From assembly GCA_021324535.1 (NCBI GenBank), contig JAJPIU010000240.1, forward strand, positions 6,745 through 70,744: DNA of 64,000 nucleotides, given 5' to 3'. Each line of letters begins with the position of its first letter. Within the stretch, counting starts at the first letter, position 1. Below the pieces are notes generated by a model that saw only the letters and a list, made by a program, of their open reading frames with translations, was not told the origin of the DNA and ran no database searches. Shown piece after piece: positions 56,405 through 64,000 of the stretch. The position numbers and the translations under genes were made by a program. The DNA is from Pseudomonadota bacterium. Lineage in GTDB: Bacteria; Chloroflexota; Ktedonobacteria; Ktedonobacterales; JADMIN01.

Positions 56405-57487
56405 CTAATCCCCCTCTGCATTCAAAGCATTGAGATCGAGCAGGAGCCGATGAATCCTGGCGTAGCCTTCATCGAGCGTTTGCCCCAGCAGTATACCGGG
56501 AATCTGCTCGGCAAGCAGCGGGTTTTCTGTGAAGGCACGACCACCATAGCCAACGAGCGGCAGTTGTGGCGCCGATTGCCCAGGTTTCCTGTGGTTTGCG
56601 TTCTCCGGCTCCTGTGGCAGCCAATGAGGCCAACCCATCAGGGCAAGCGCCGTCTCCTCACTCATTGCAACAAAGACGATGAGCGCTGGCTCAACCGTGC
56701 GCGCCACGGTGGCGAGATCGGACAACGGGAGCAATTGTCCCAAATACACAACGGGCCAGCGTCGTTGCCGCAATACTGCTCCCAAAATCAGCAGGCTTCC
56801 TTCGTGCAGTTCGCCAGGCGCACACCCCAGGACAACCGGAGACACACGATAAGCTGGCGGACTCGCGCGCATCATGCTGAGCAAATGATGACGCAAGAAA
56901 TTTGTGGCAAAGTGTTCGGTTGTAATGTCGACATCTCCCGCGCGCCAGGCGTCACCAATCGCTGAGAGCGTCGGACGAATCATCTCAAGGATCACAGTTT
57001 CCTTTGGATAGCGCCGTGGCGCCTCTTCGAGCAGTGTGGTGGCCCCTGTACTATCGTAGGCCAGCAACAACTCATACAGACGTCGCTGCTCTGACGCTAG
57101 TTCGGCAGCCTGAGAGGAGTCCACCCGGAGAGAAGAGGAGAGCGGTAAAGCCATCTGGAAGGTAGTGGCGACTGCCGCAGCGCGTGGTACCTGATGAAGG
57201 GCTGCAATGGCCTGGCTGGCGCGCATCCCTTCCTCCAGACGCAGCTTGACCCATTGCAACTGAATCACCATCTGCTGGGAATAGAGGCGATGTCTGCCTG
57301 CGCTACGAACAGCCTGAGGAAAACTGTAGCGCCGCTCCCAGGCTCGCAGCGTCGCCTCAGACACATGCGTGATCTCTGCGACCGAACCGATAGGAAAGAG
57401 CAGGTCGGTTTCCTGAAGAACACGCATGACTTCCCAGGCTGGTTTGCTCATGATAGGCGCCTTTGGAGAACTAGAGAGTTCGAACAT
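56405..57487 (-). CDS. MerR-family regulator with a C-terminal B12-binding domain (LitR/CarH-type light-responsive repressor)
   Basis: N-terminal MerR HTH (IGSVAEITHVSEATLRAWERRYSFPQ...GRHRLYS). C-terminal cobalamin-binding signature GELHEGSL (E/DxHxxG) with VVYLG. The start may be 57451 instead. Confidence 0.85.
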   Translation of the reverse strand: MFELSSSPKAPIMSKPAWEVMRVLQETDLLFPIGSVAEITHVSEATLRAWERRYSFPQAVRSAGRHRLYSQQMVIQLQWVKLRLEEGMRASQAIAALHQVPRAAAVATTFQMALPLSSSLRVDSSQAAELASEQRRLYELLLAYDSTGATTLLEEAPRRYPKETVILEMIRPTLSAIGDAWRAGDVDITTEHFATNFLRHHLLSMMRASPPAYRVSPVVLGCAPGELHEGSLLILGAVLRQRRWPVVYLGQLLPLSDLATVARTVEPALIVFVAMSEETALALMGWPHWLPQEPENANHRKPGQSAPQLPLVGYGGRAFTENPLLAEQIPGILLGQTLDEGYARIHRLLLDLNALNAEGD

Positions 57488-57591
57488 TGCAAGATAAAGA
57501 TGAGGTAGCCGTCATCTCACCACAGGATCACCAGTGTCGTCCTCTGAAGTGTATCGCTGACCGGGCGATTTGTCCAATTATTTAGCAAAAA

Positions 57592-57636
57592 AACCTGGAC
57601 ATACTATTGACAATGACCAAACAAAGCACTTACAAT
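57592..57636 (+). promoter_or_regulatory. crtB promoter (TTGACA 57607..57612, N18, TACAAT 57631..57636) overlapped by four 11-bp-phased ACA repeats, a candidate LitR/CarH operator
   Basis: ACA triplets lie at 57599, 57610, 57621 and 57632, exactly 11 bp apart. The first repeat, AACCTGGACAT, fits nAnnTnnACAn. Confidence 0.6.
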
Positions 57637-57722
57637 CCCTTTTAGTCCTGTGTCAAAGCGAAAACTCACGACGAGTAGATGTGAGGCGCTACATGGAAAT
57701 ATGGAAATGCCGGAGTTGAGGA

Positions 57723-58730
57723 ATGGAGTTGCATACCACATCGTGGGAATACCCGTTACTGGCGCAGGCGTTTGAAGCCCTCGATACAGGCGCCATGCTC
57801 TCACCAACCGCTCACATCTCTGGCGCTTCCGGACGAGATGAACGCCAAGACGCCTATGACTACTGTGCGCGTATCGTCAGGGCCAACAGCCGCACCTTTG
57901 ATCTCGCTGCACATCTCATGCCGAGTGAGAAACGGCGCGCTATTCATGCGCTGTATGCTTTTTGCCGCGCTACCGATGACCTTGTAGACAAAGCTGCGAG
58001 TACGAGCGAGGCGACGCGACTACAGGCAAGCTGGCAGGAGCGATTGCAAGGCTGCCCCAATGCGTATGATCCGGTGGCGCTTGCCTGGGCGGATACTCAG
58101 GCGCGCTATCAGATTCCTCATGGGTATGTGGCGCAACTGATGAAGGGAATTACGCGCGACTTATATCAGCAGCGCTATGCTACCTTTGTTGAGCTGGCCG
58201 AATACTGTTATGGCGTGGCCTCAACGGTGGGCTTGATGGTGATGCACATCATCGGCTTCTACGGGGCAGCCGCTTTACCCTATGCCGTGAAATTGGGTAT
58301 TGCCTTGCAACTGACCAACATCCTGCGCGACGTTGGCGATGATTGGCGCGCCGGTAGGCTCTATCTGCCGCTCGATGAGCTAGCGCAATTTCACCTGAGC
58401 GAAGACGACATCGCCGCTGGCCGCGTAGATGATCACTGGCGCGCGTTCATGCGTTATCAGATCGCTCGTGCGCGACGCCTCTATCAGGAAGCTGAGCCTG
58501 GGATTGCGTTGCTTCATCCTGAAGGTCGGTTTGCCATTGCCGCCGCGTCTAGCCTCTATCGCGCTATTTTAGAGGACATCGAGGCCCATGACTATGATAT
58601 TTTTTCCCGGCGCGCGCATATCGGCTTGTTTGGCAAGCTCAGACGCCTGCCGGGGATTTGGTGGCGTGGCGCCCACCTGGGGCAACCGTCGCTGACTGAC
58701 CTGGATCAGCCAGCATTGCGTGTTCGTTGA
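57723..58730 (+). CDS. crtB: Phytoene synthase CrtB
   Basis: [29 protein letters not shown] and [11 protein letters not shown] Asp-rich squalene/phytoene synthase motifs. Confidence 0.9.
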   Translation: MELHTTSWEYPLLAQAFEALDTGAMLSPTAHISGASGRDERQDAYDYCARIVRANSRTFDLAAHLMPSEKRRAIHALYAFCRATDDLVDKAASTSEATRLQASWQERLQGCPNAYDPVALAWADTQARYQIPHGYVAQLMKGITRDLYQQRYATFVELAEYCYGVASTVGLMVMHIIGFYGAAALPYAVKLGIALQLTNILRDVGDDWRAGRLYLPLDELAQFHLSEDDIAAGRVDDHWRAFMRYQIARARRLYQEAEPGIALLHPEGRFAIAAASSLYRAILEDIEAHDYDIFSRRAHIGLFGKLRRLPGIWWRGAHLGQPSLTDLDQPALRVR

Positions 58731-58803
58731 CCTGGTTTCTCTTTGGAGAGTTTGGGGAAGATTGGGCGTAGAGACGAGCGGATGGGGAAGGACACAAGAA
58801 GGA

Positions 58804-60351
58804 ATGGCAAAAATCATCGTTCTTGGCGGCGGCTTTGGTGGATTGAGCGCCGCTATTCGGCTGGCCGCCAGAGGGCATCGCGTAGACCTCTTCGAGAAGC
58901 GCGATCAATTGGGTGGACGCGCCTATGTCTACCGCCGCAATGGCTTCACCTTCGATGGTGGCCCGACCATCATTACCGCGCCATTCCTCTTCGATGATCT
59001 CTGGGCGCTGGCGGGCAGACGCCGCGAAGATGACGTGCAGTTTGTCCCCTGTGATCCATTCTATCGCATCTTCGACCACAACGGGCGTAGCTTTGATTAC
59101 AATGGCGACGAGGCGTTTATCCTCAATCAGATCGCGCGCTGGAATCCGCAGGACGTGGCTGGCTATCAGCGATTTATCGCAACCACCAAACCTATATTTG
59201 AGAAGGGATTTGTCGAGCTGGCCGATCAGCCATTTCTACGCCTGGCGGATATGCTCAAGGTCGCTCCAGATCTCATCAAAATGCAGTCGTACAAAAGCGT
59301 CTATCGCTATGTCTCGCAGTTCATCCAGAACGACTTCTTACGGCGCTGCTTCTCATTTCATCCGCTGCTGATCGGCGGCAATCCATTTGACGCGCCTTCC
59401 ATCTACGCGATGATTCACTATCTGGAACGCCAATGGGGTGTGCATTACGTGATGGGCGGAACGGGCGCGCTGGTGTCTGCGATGGGGCAGCTCTTTCAAT
59501 CGCTGGGCGGGACGATACACCTCAATGCCGAAGTCGCGGAGATTCTTGTCGAAAAGCACCGGGTCACCGGCATACGCCTCATGGATGGAACGACTCATCC
59601 CGCCGATGATGTCGTCTCGAACGCTGATGTCGCTTTCACCTATCGCAACCTGATTCCGGCGGCCTATCGCCATACCTACACAAACCGCAAAATCGAGCGG
59701 ATGAAATACGGTATGTCTCTGTTTGTGCTGTATTTCGGCACAGATCGACGCTATACCGATACCCGGCTGGCGCACCATAACATTCTGCTTGGCGAGCGGT
59801 ATAAGGGATTGCTGACGGATATTTTCGAGCGCCATATTCTGGCTGACGACTTCTCGCTCTACCTGCACATGCCCAGCCTGACCGACGTCTCCGTGGCGCC
59901 CGCCGGATGTGAGGCGTTCTACGTGCTGGCTCCTGTGCCGCATCTTGGCGCGGCTGTGGATTGGCGACAGGCCGCGAAACCCTACCGCGATGCGATTGTG
60001 AGCTTTCTCGAAGAGAACTACTTGCCCGATCTCTCGCGCCATATCATTGCTGAGCATCACATTGACCCGCTGCACTTCAAGAATGAGCTCAACAGCTATC
60101 TTGGGGCGGCCTTCTCGTTCCAACCAACGCTGACGCAATCCGCCTGGTTCAGGCCACATAACCGCTCGGAGGAGTTTGACAATCTCTATTTCGTGGGCGC
60201 GGGAACACATCCAGGCGCAGGATTGCCGGGCGTGCTCTCCTCGGCTATTATCGTCGAACAGCTTATCGGTGGCGCGTCCCTCCCTGCGCCTCTTCCCATG
60301 CCTCCACACGAAGTTGAAGAAGCTGAAACACGATTGCGAGCCACCTCATGA
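58804..60351 (+). CDS. crtI: Phytoene desaturase CrtI
   Basis: [40 protein letters not shown] dinucleotide fold and C-terminal [16 protein letters not shown] prefer the ATG at 58804 over the track start at 58720. Confidence 0.9.
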   Translation: MAKIIVLGGGFGGLSAAIRLAARGHRVDLFEKRDQLGGRAYVYRRNGFTFDGGPTIITAPFLFDDLWALAGRRREDDVQFVPCDPFYRIFDHNGRSFDYNGDEAFILNQIARWNPQDVAGYQRFIATTKPIFEKGFVELADQPFLRLADMLKVAPDLIKMQSYKSVYRYVSQFIQNDFLRRCFSFHPLLIGGNPFDAPSIYAMIHYLERQWGVHYVMGGTGALVSAMGQLFQSLGGTIHLNAEVAEILVEKHRVTGIRLMDGTTHPADDVVSNADVAFTYRNLIPAAYRHTYTNRKIERMKYGMSLFVLYFGTDRRYTDTRLAHHNILLGERYKGLLTDIFERHILADDFSLYLHMPSLTDVSVAPAGCEAFYVLAPVPHLGAAVDWRQAAKPYRDAIVSFLEENYLPDLSRHIIAEHHIDPLHFKNELNSYLGAAFSFQPTLTQSAWFRPHNRSEEFDNLYFVGAGTHPGAGLPGVLSSAIIVEQLIGGASLPAPLPMPPHEVEEAETRLRATS

Positions 60352-61316
60352 GCGCCATGCTTGCCATGAGCATCCTCGCTGTTGTCACTAGCAAGGCACG
60401 CGCGCCACTCACCTATGGAACCCTGCTGCTGCTGTTTCTTGTTGCGCCGATGCTTGCGCTTGCCTTCATGCTCTGGTGGGATAGCCGCCGGAAGAAGCCA
60501 AGTTTGTCCGATGCGCCCACCGCGCCCACCGCGCCCGGCTGGCGTTTTTCCGGCGTTTTGCTTGCCCTGGTCGCTGTGGCAATCCTCTACACGCTGCCGT
60601 GGGATAATCATCTCATTGCCCTGCGCGTGTGGTGGTACAGCCCTGCGCGGATCAGTGGCGTGGTTTTTGGGTATGTGCCGCTGGAGGAAGTCGCGTTCTT
60701 CGTGTTGCAAACGCTCTTCGTTGGCGTGTGGTTTCTCTGGCTGGTTCGCCATGCGCAGCCCCGTCCACAAGATGTCGCCGCTCGTGCGAATTACGCGCTA
60801 CGCTTGCTTGCAGCAAGCGTTGGCGCTTGCCTGTGGGCGCTGGCCCTCGCGGCGGTGTTCTCCGGCTGGCGCGCCGCCACCTATGTGGGCTGGGAATTCA
60901 TCTGGGCATTGCCGCCCATTATTGTGCAGCTTGGCGTGGGAGCCGACATTCTCTGGCGTCAGCGCCGTTTGCTTTGCCTTGCCATAGCGCCAATGGTTCT
61001 CTACCTCTGCGCGGTTGACGCCCTGGCCATCCGCAATGGCATCTGGACGATCAATCCGCAGCAATCCCTTGGTCTGCTACTCGGCGGACAATTGCCCATA
61101 GAGGAGTTTTTCTTCTTCCTGCTGACGACGACGGTTGTGGTCTTTGGGCTGGCGCTTGGCACATCCCCCCTTTTGAGGAGACGATTTTCCACCCTCTTGC
61201 AAAGGGCGCGCTTGGCGACGGCTTTGCGCCTGCCGTGGCTGCCTGGATTCCCTTTCTGGCAACGGGCGACGGCCTTATCGGCGCGCTTCAGGCAGCGTTC
61301 ACTCTTACGAAGGTGA
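60348..61316 (+). CDS. Lycopene cyclase, fused CrtYc/CrtYd-type (two lycopene-cyclase domains); 3' tail probably chimeric
   Basis: Two repeats with PWDN...PLEE and a PIEEFFFF motif in polytopic membrane halves. ATGA overlap with crtI. The last ~40 codons are antisense to a TnpB fragment. Confidence 0.75.
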   Translation: MSAMLAMSILAVVTSKARAPLTYGTLLLLFLVAPMLALAFMLWWDSRRKKPSLSDAPTAPTAPGWRFSGVLLALVAVAILYTLPWDNHLIALRVWWYSPARISGVVFGYVPLEEVAFFVLQTLFVGVWFLWLVRHAQPRPQDVAARANYALRLLAASVGACLWALALAAVFSGWRAATYVGWEFIWALPPIIVQLGVGADILWRQRRLLCLAIAPMVLYLCAVDALAIRNGIWTINPQQSLGLLLGGQLPIEEFFFFLLTTTVVVFGLALGTSPLLRRRFSTLLQRARLATALRLPWLPGFPFWQRATALSARFRQRSLLRR

Positions 61317-61492
61317 CGCTGGTTCTCTATCACGAGGCCATGCGCCGTCACCAGGAAGACCTTCAGCCCCACATCTATGCCGGTTTCTTGGCCCGTCAGT
61401 GGCAAGGGCTGGATGGGCACGCCCTCACCACAGGAGATGCAGGCATACCACCCATCTGCTTCACGGCTGACAGCCCTCAAGGGACGGGGGCT
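61190..61492 (-). pseudogene. Fragment of an IS200/IS605-family TnpB (OrfB) RNA-guided nuclease gene
   Basis: GWYACISC...[64 protein letters not shown] matches the central TnpB region, including RuvC-I GIDxGL. The N- and C-terminal parts are absent. Confidence 0.7.
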
Positions 61493-61525
61493 TCAGCCGC
61501 GTTTTTGCTAATCTCCCTGGGATTG

Positions 61526-63175
61526 CTACACCGCCGCCTGGGTTGAGCGGCTATAGACCACTTTGGGATCGGTCAGCACGTTGACACAGGCGGGTCTGCC
61601 GGAAGCGAAGGCGCGTTCGAGCGCAGGACGGATGTCTTCGGGACGCTCAACCAGTTCGCCGTAGCCGCCAAGCGCCTCCACCATCTTATCATAGCGGATG
61701 CCTGGCGCAAGGTCGGCGGCGGTGCTGTGCCCAAGCATCGCCTTCTGGGGATGCTTGATCTGCGCCCACTGTCCGTCATTGCCAATCACCCCGACGATGG
61801 GCAGGTTGTGGCGCGCCATCGTCTCGAACTCCATCCCGTTCAGGCCAAACGCTCCGTCACCAAACAGAATCGCCACCTGCTTCTCGGGATGCGCCAGCTT
61901 GGCCGCAAGGGCAAAGCCGGTTCCCGCGCCAAGCGTGCCAAGCGGCCCGGCGTCCAGCCAATGCCCTGGCTCCCAGGCATTGATCACCCGCGCGCCGTAA
62001 CTCACGATGTCGCCACCGTCACCCACTACATAGGCGTCGCGGTCAAGGAAGTCGCGCAATTCTCGGCAGAGGCGCAACGGATGGATCGGCGTCGCATCCG
62101 AGCGCATCAGCGCCTCCTCGGCCTCGCGCGCTTTGTTCTCAGCTTCGCGCGCATGCGCCAGCCAGCTTGCATGGTTGGCTGTATTGCCCAGCGCGTCGGT
62201 GATCTGCCCCATGATCAGTCCGACATCGCCGACGATGCCTACGTCCGCGCCACGATTAACGCCGATGTCCTGGCCCAATGTATCCAGCCAGACGATCTTG
62301 GCATTGGCGGGGATTAGTGGCGGCTGGCCGTAGTTCAGGCGGAAGTCCAGCTTTGTGCCGACGAGCAGCAACAGATCGGCCTCGCCGAGCGCAGTGCGTC
62401 GGGCCAATGAGAAGAAGAGCGGATGATCGGGCGGCAGGCTGCCGCGTCCACCGCCATTCAGGAAGACGGGCGCCTGGAGCTTCTCGGCAAGCGCACGCAG
62501 GGGAGCGGCGGCGTCATCCCACCAGACGCTCGTGCCTGCGAATATTACCGGGCGCTTGGCCTTTTCCAGCAGAGCCGCCGCCTGTGTGATCGCCGCCGGA
62601 TCACCCAGCGCGCGCGCCTCTGTGCGGTAGCCCTCACCGGGGATAATGGCCTCTTCTGAGGGGATGAGGTTATTCAGCACGTCCATCGGGCATTCGAGGA
62701 AAACCGGGCCAGGGCGGCCTACCGTCGCCTCGCGGAAGGCGGCGGCCGTGTAGTCAGCCAACCGCTTTGTTTGAAGCACGGTGCGCGCCCACTTGGTGAT
62801 GGGTCGCAGTAGCTCAATCTGGCGGAGTTCTTGTAGCGCGCCCTGGTCGAGATGTTCGATGGGCGCGGAGCCACCAAAGACGATGATGGGGCTACCTGCC
62901 TGATAAGCGTTGGCGACACCCGTCACGCCGTCGGTCACGCCCGGCCCCGCCGTCAGCAGCGCCACGCCGGGGCGGCGCGTCACCTTCGCCCAGCCCTCGG
63001 CGGCGTGCACCGCCACCTGCTCGTGGCGCACATCCATCACGCGAATGCCCTCACGCACGCAGCCATCGTAGATTGCGGCGATGTGGCCGCCGCTCAACGT
63101 AAATACCACCTCGACGCCCTCGCGTTTGAGCGTCTTGGCGACCAGCATGCCCCCGTGGACAACCACTTCTTCCAT
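61526..63175 (-). CDS. Thiamine pyrophosphate-dependent enzyme (acetolactate synthase / oxalyl-CoA decarboxylase / 2-hydroxyacyl-CoA lyase family)
   Basis: N-terminal Pyr domain ([31 protein letters not shown]) and C-terminal TPP motif [30 protein letters not shown]. Confidence 0.85.
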   Translation of the reverse strand: MEEVVVHGGMLVAKTLKREGVEVVFTLSGGHIAAIYDGCVREGIRVMDVRHEQVAVHAAEGWAKVTRRPGVALLTAGPGVTDGVTGVANAYQAGSPIIVFGGSAPIEHLDQGALQELRQIELLRPITKWARTVLQTKRLADYTAAAFREATVGRPGPVFLECPMDVLNNLIPSEEAIIPGEGYRTEARALGDPAAITQAAALLEKAKRPVIFAGTSVWWDDAAAPLRALAEKLQAPVFLNGGGRGSLPPDHPLFFSLARRTALGEADLLLLVGTKLDFRLNYGQPPLIPANAKIVWLDTLGQDIGVNRGADVGIVGDVGLIMGQITDALGNTANHASWLAHAREAENKAREAEEALMRSDATPIHPLRLCRELRDFLDRDAYVVGDGGDIVSYGARVINAWEPGHWLDAGPLGTLGAGTGFALAAKLAHPEKQVAILFGDGAFGLNGMEFETMARHNLPIVGVIGNDGQWAQIKHPQKAMLGHSTAADLAPGIRYDKMVEALGGYGELVERPEDIRPALERAFASGRPACVNVLTDPKVVYSRSTQAAV

Positions 63176-63304
63176 TGGTGTGTTCCCCTTTTATCGTCTC
63201 CTCAACAGTGAGAAGTTCGCTACTCTTGCGATGAGGATACCACGCCATAGCGGCTAAAGATAGGTAGCTGGGAACAGGTTTGCCAATCACTGGGCCAACG
63301 CCAC

Positions 63305-63340
63305 AAGCCGACCGGATGGCGTCTTACCTGCGGTCGGCTT
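63305..63340 (-). terminator. Candidate terminator hairpin downstream of rpsU
   Basis: AAGCCGACCG-N16-CGGTCGGCTT 10-bp stem about 70 nt after the rpsU stop. No clear U-tract on the minus strand. Confidence 0.35.
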
Positions 63341-63408
63341 CTCTTCTCAATTGGGCGCTCTTGGATTGTTGGTCTGGGCGTCGGCTGGCGCGGCGATGTC
63401 TCTAGGGC

Positions 63409-63615
63409 TTAGAGGCCCTGGGCAGCCGCCTTTGCGCGGGCTTTGCGCGCCTTGCGTTCGCGGGCGTCGGCCTTGCGCTTGCGTTTAACGCTGGGGGGTT
63501 CGTAGTGTTGGCGGCGTTTGGCTTCCGAGAGCAGGCCGTCCTGCTGTACCTTGCGGGTAAACTTTTTCAGGGCGGCCTCGAAGGAGTCGCCTTCTTTGAT
63601 CACGACTTCACTCAC
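63409..63615 (-). CDS. rpsU: 30S ribosomal protein S21
   Basis: MSEVVIKEGDSFEAALKKFTRKVQQDGLLSEAKRRQHYEPPSVKRKRK is the typical S21 sequence. GTG start. Confidence 0.9.
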   Translation of the reverse strand: MSEVVIKEGDSFEAALKKFTRKVQQDGLLSEAKRRQHYEPPSVKRKRKADARERKARKARAKAAAQGL

Positions 63616-63930
63616 GCGCGATGTTTCGCAGGTTCGTTCGCCGCATATGTGGCGTTGTCCACCTGCGGTCTCCTTTCTGTCTGGATTGCGAATGTTTCTA
63701 GATATGGCAAGATAAAGCTGGACGCATGCCGCTCACGGATATTCTGGTATGCTGTCCGCGTGGATACATGCCGCTTCGTACATAGCATACTATAGCATAC
63801 CATAATTTGGACGTTTGTACAGAGCTTGAGGTTGCAATTTTGGCTATTCGCTCGTCACGCGCGCATAATTGATAAAAGATAGCCGGATATGGCGTCTGAT
63901 GAAACAAAACGTGGAGGGCGAGAGAGACAA

Positions 63931-64000
63931 TGCTTCGAGCGTTACGTGGGCGCAATGTGTCGCATGTGGGATGCGCCTTGGGCCTAGTGCTAGGACTGAT
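63931..64000 (+). CDS. Possible 5' end of a CDS with a signal/anchor-like N-terminus (runs off the right edge)
   Basis: ATG at 63931 preceded by GGAGGGCGAGAGAGACA. Translation MLRALRGRNVSHVGCALGLVLGL. Too short to judge. Confidence 0.3.

Noticed and set aside
57693-57719. 8-codon uORF (MEIWKCRS) and ATGGAAAT direct repeat just before crtB
   Set aside because: It is too short, has no SD and is plausibly coincidental. It is noted only because it ends 3 nt before the crtB ATG.
1-64000. tRNA, rRNA, tmRNA, RNase P or SRP RNA genes
   Set aside because: I scanned the intergenic regions by eye for T-arm GTTCGAATC-type motifs and other conserved cores and found none. A tRNAscan/Infernal run would be needed to exclude them formally.

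Overview
GC-rich, densely coding bacterial chromosomal window with about 55 protein-coding genes. I recognised no rRNA, tRNA or CRISPR array. Gene content includes a PASTA Ser/Thr kinase, RNase Y, a LitR/CarH-controlled crtB-crtI-crtYcd cluster, DUF1800/DUF1501 genes, Pro/Gln-rich single-pass membrane proteins and a TnpB remnant. This fits a GC-rich monoderm-type lineage such as Chloroflexota (Ktedonobacteria-like), but that is inference only.

Blocks in order:
- AidB-like acyl-CoA dehydrogenase and a threonine aldolase, translationally coupled.
- Two paralogous zinc-ribbon / P-Q-rich / TM / ConA-like-ectodomain genes. The second is frameshifted. Both share a conserved palindrome-bearing upstream region.
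- Assorted membrane and secreted proteins: DUF1614, Uma2, a lipoprotein, an MFS transporter and a PKD protein.
- An orphan four-gene NuoB / NuoI-like / NuoF-like / Fe-S-flavoprotein-fusion operon with no other complex I genes nearby.
- The tsaE-tsaB-rimI-tsaD operon.
- DUF1800-DUF1800-DUF1501.
- A trans-sulfuration PLP enzyme, DedA, a cysteine desulfurase, recO, a pknB-like kinase and an APH-fold kinase.
- An ECF sigma / multi-pass membrane protein / ABC-transporter operon.
- A PHP phosphoesterase, rny, a lipoate-ligase-like gene and queC.
- A sigma factor translationally coupled to a membrane-anchored Rieske [2Fe-2S] protein.
- Directly adjacent, a carotenoid supercluster: LssY-P450, GT2-PlsY-like-LitR, and crtB-crtI-lycopene cyclase.
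- A TnpB fragment, a TPP enzyme and rpsU.

Most interesting observations:
- The orphan Nuo-like module.
- The sigma/Rieske pair next to the light-regulated crt cluster.
- Four ACA triplets phased at 11 bp over a near-consensus promoter in front of crtB, resembling a CarH/LitR-type operator.
- A dispersed structured intergenic repeat family whose hairpin shows compensatory substitutions.
- Conserved palindromes upstream of the paralogous zinc-ribbon genes.

All functional calls come from motif recognition by eye. No database search was run.
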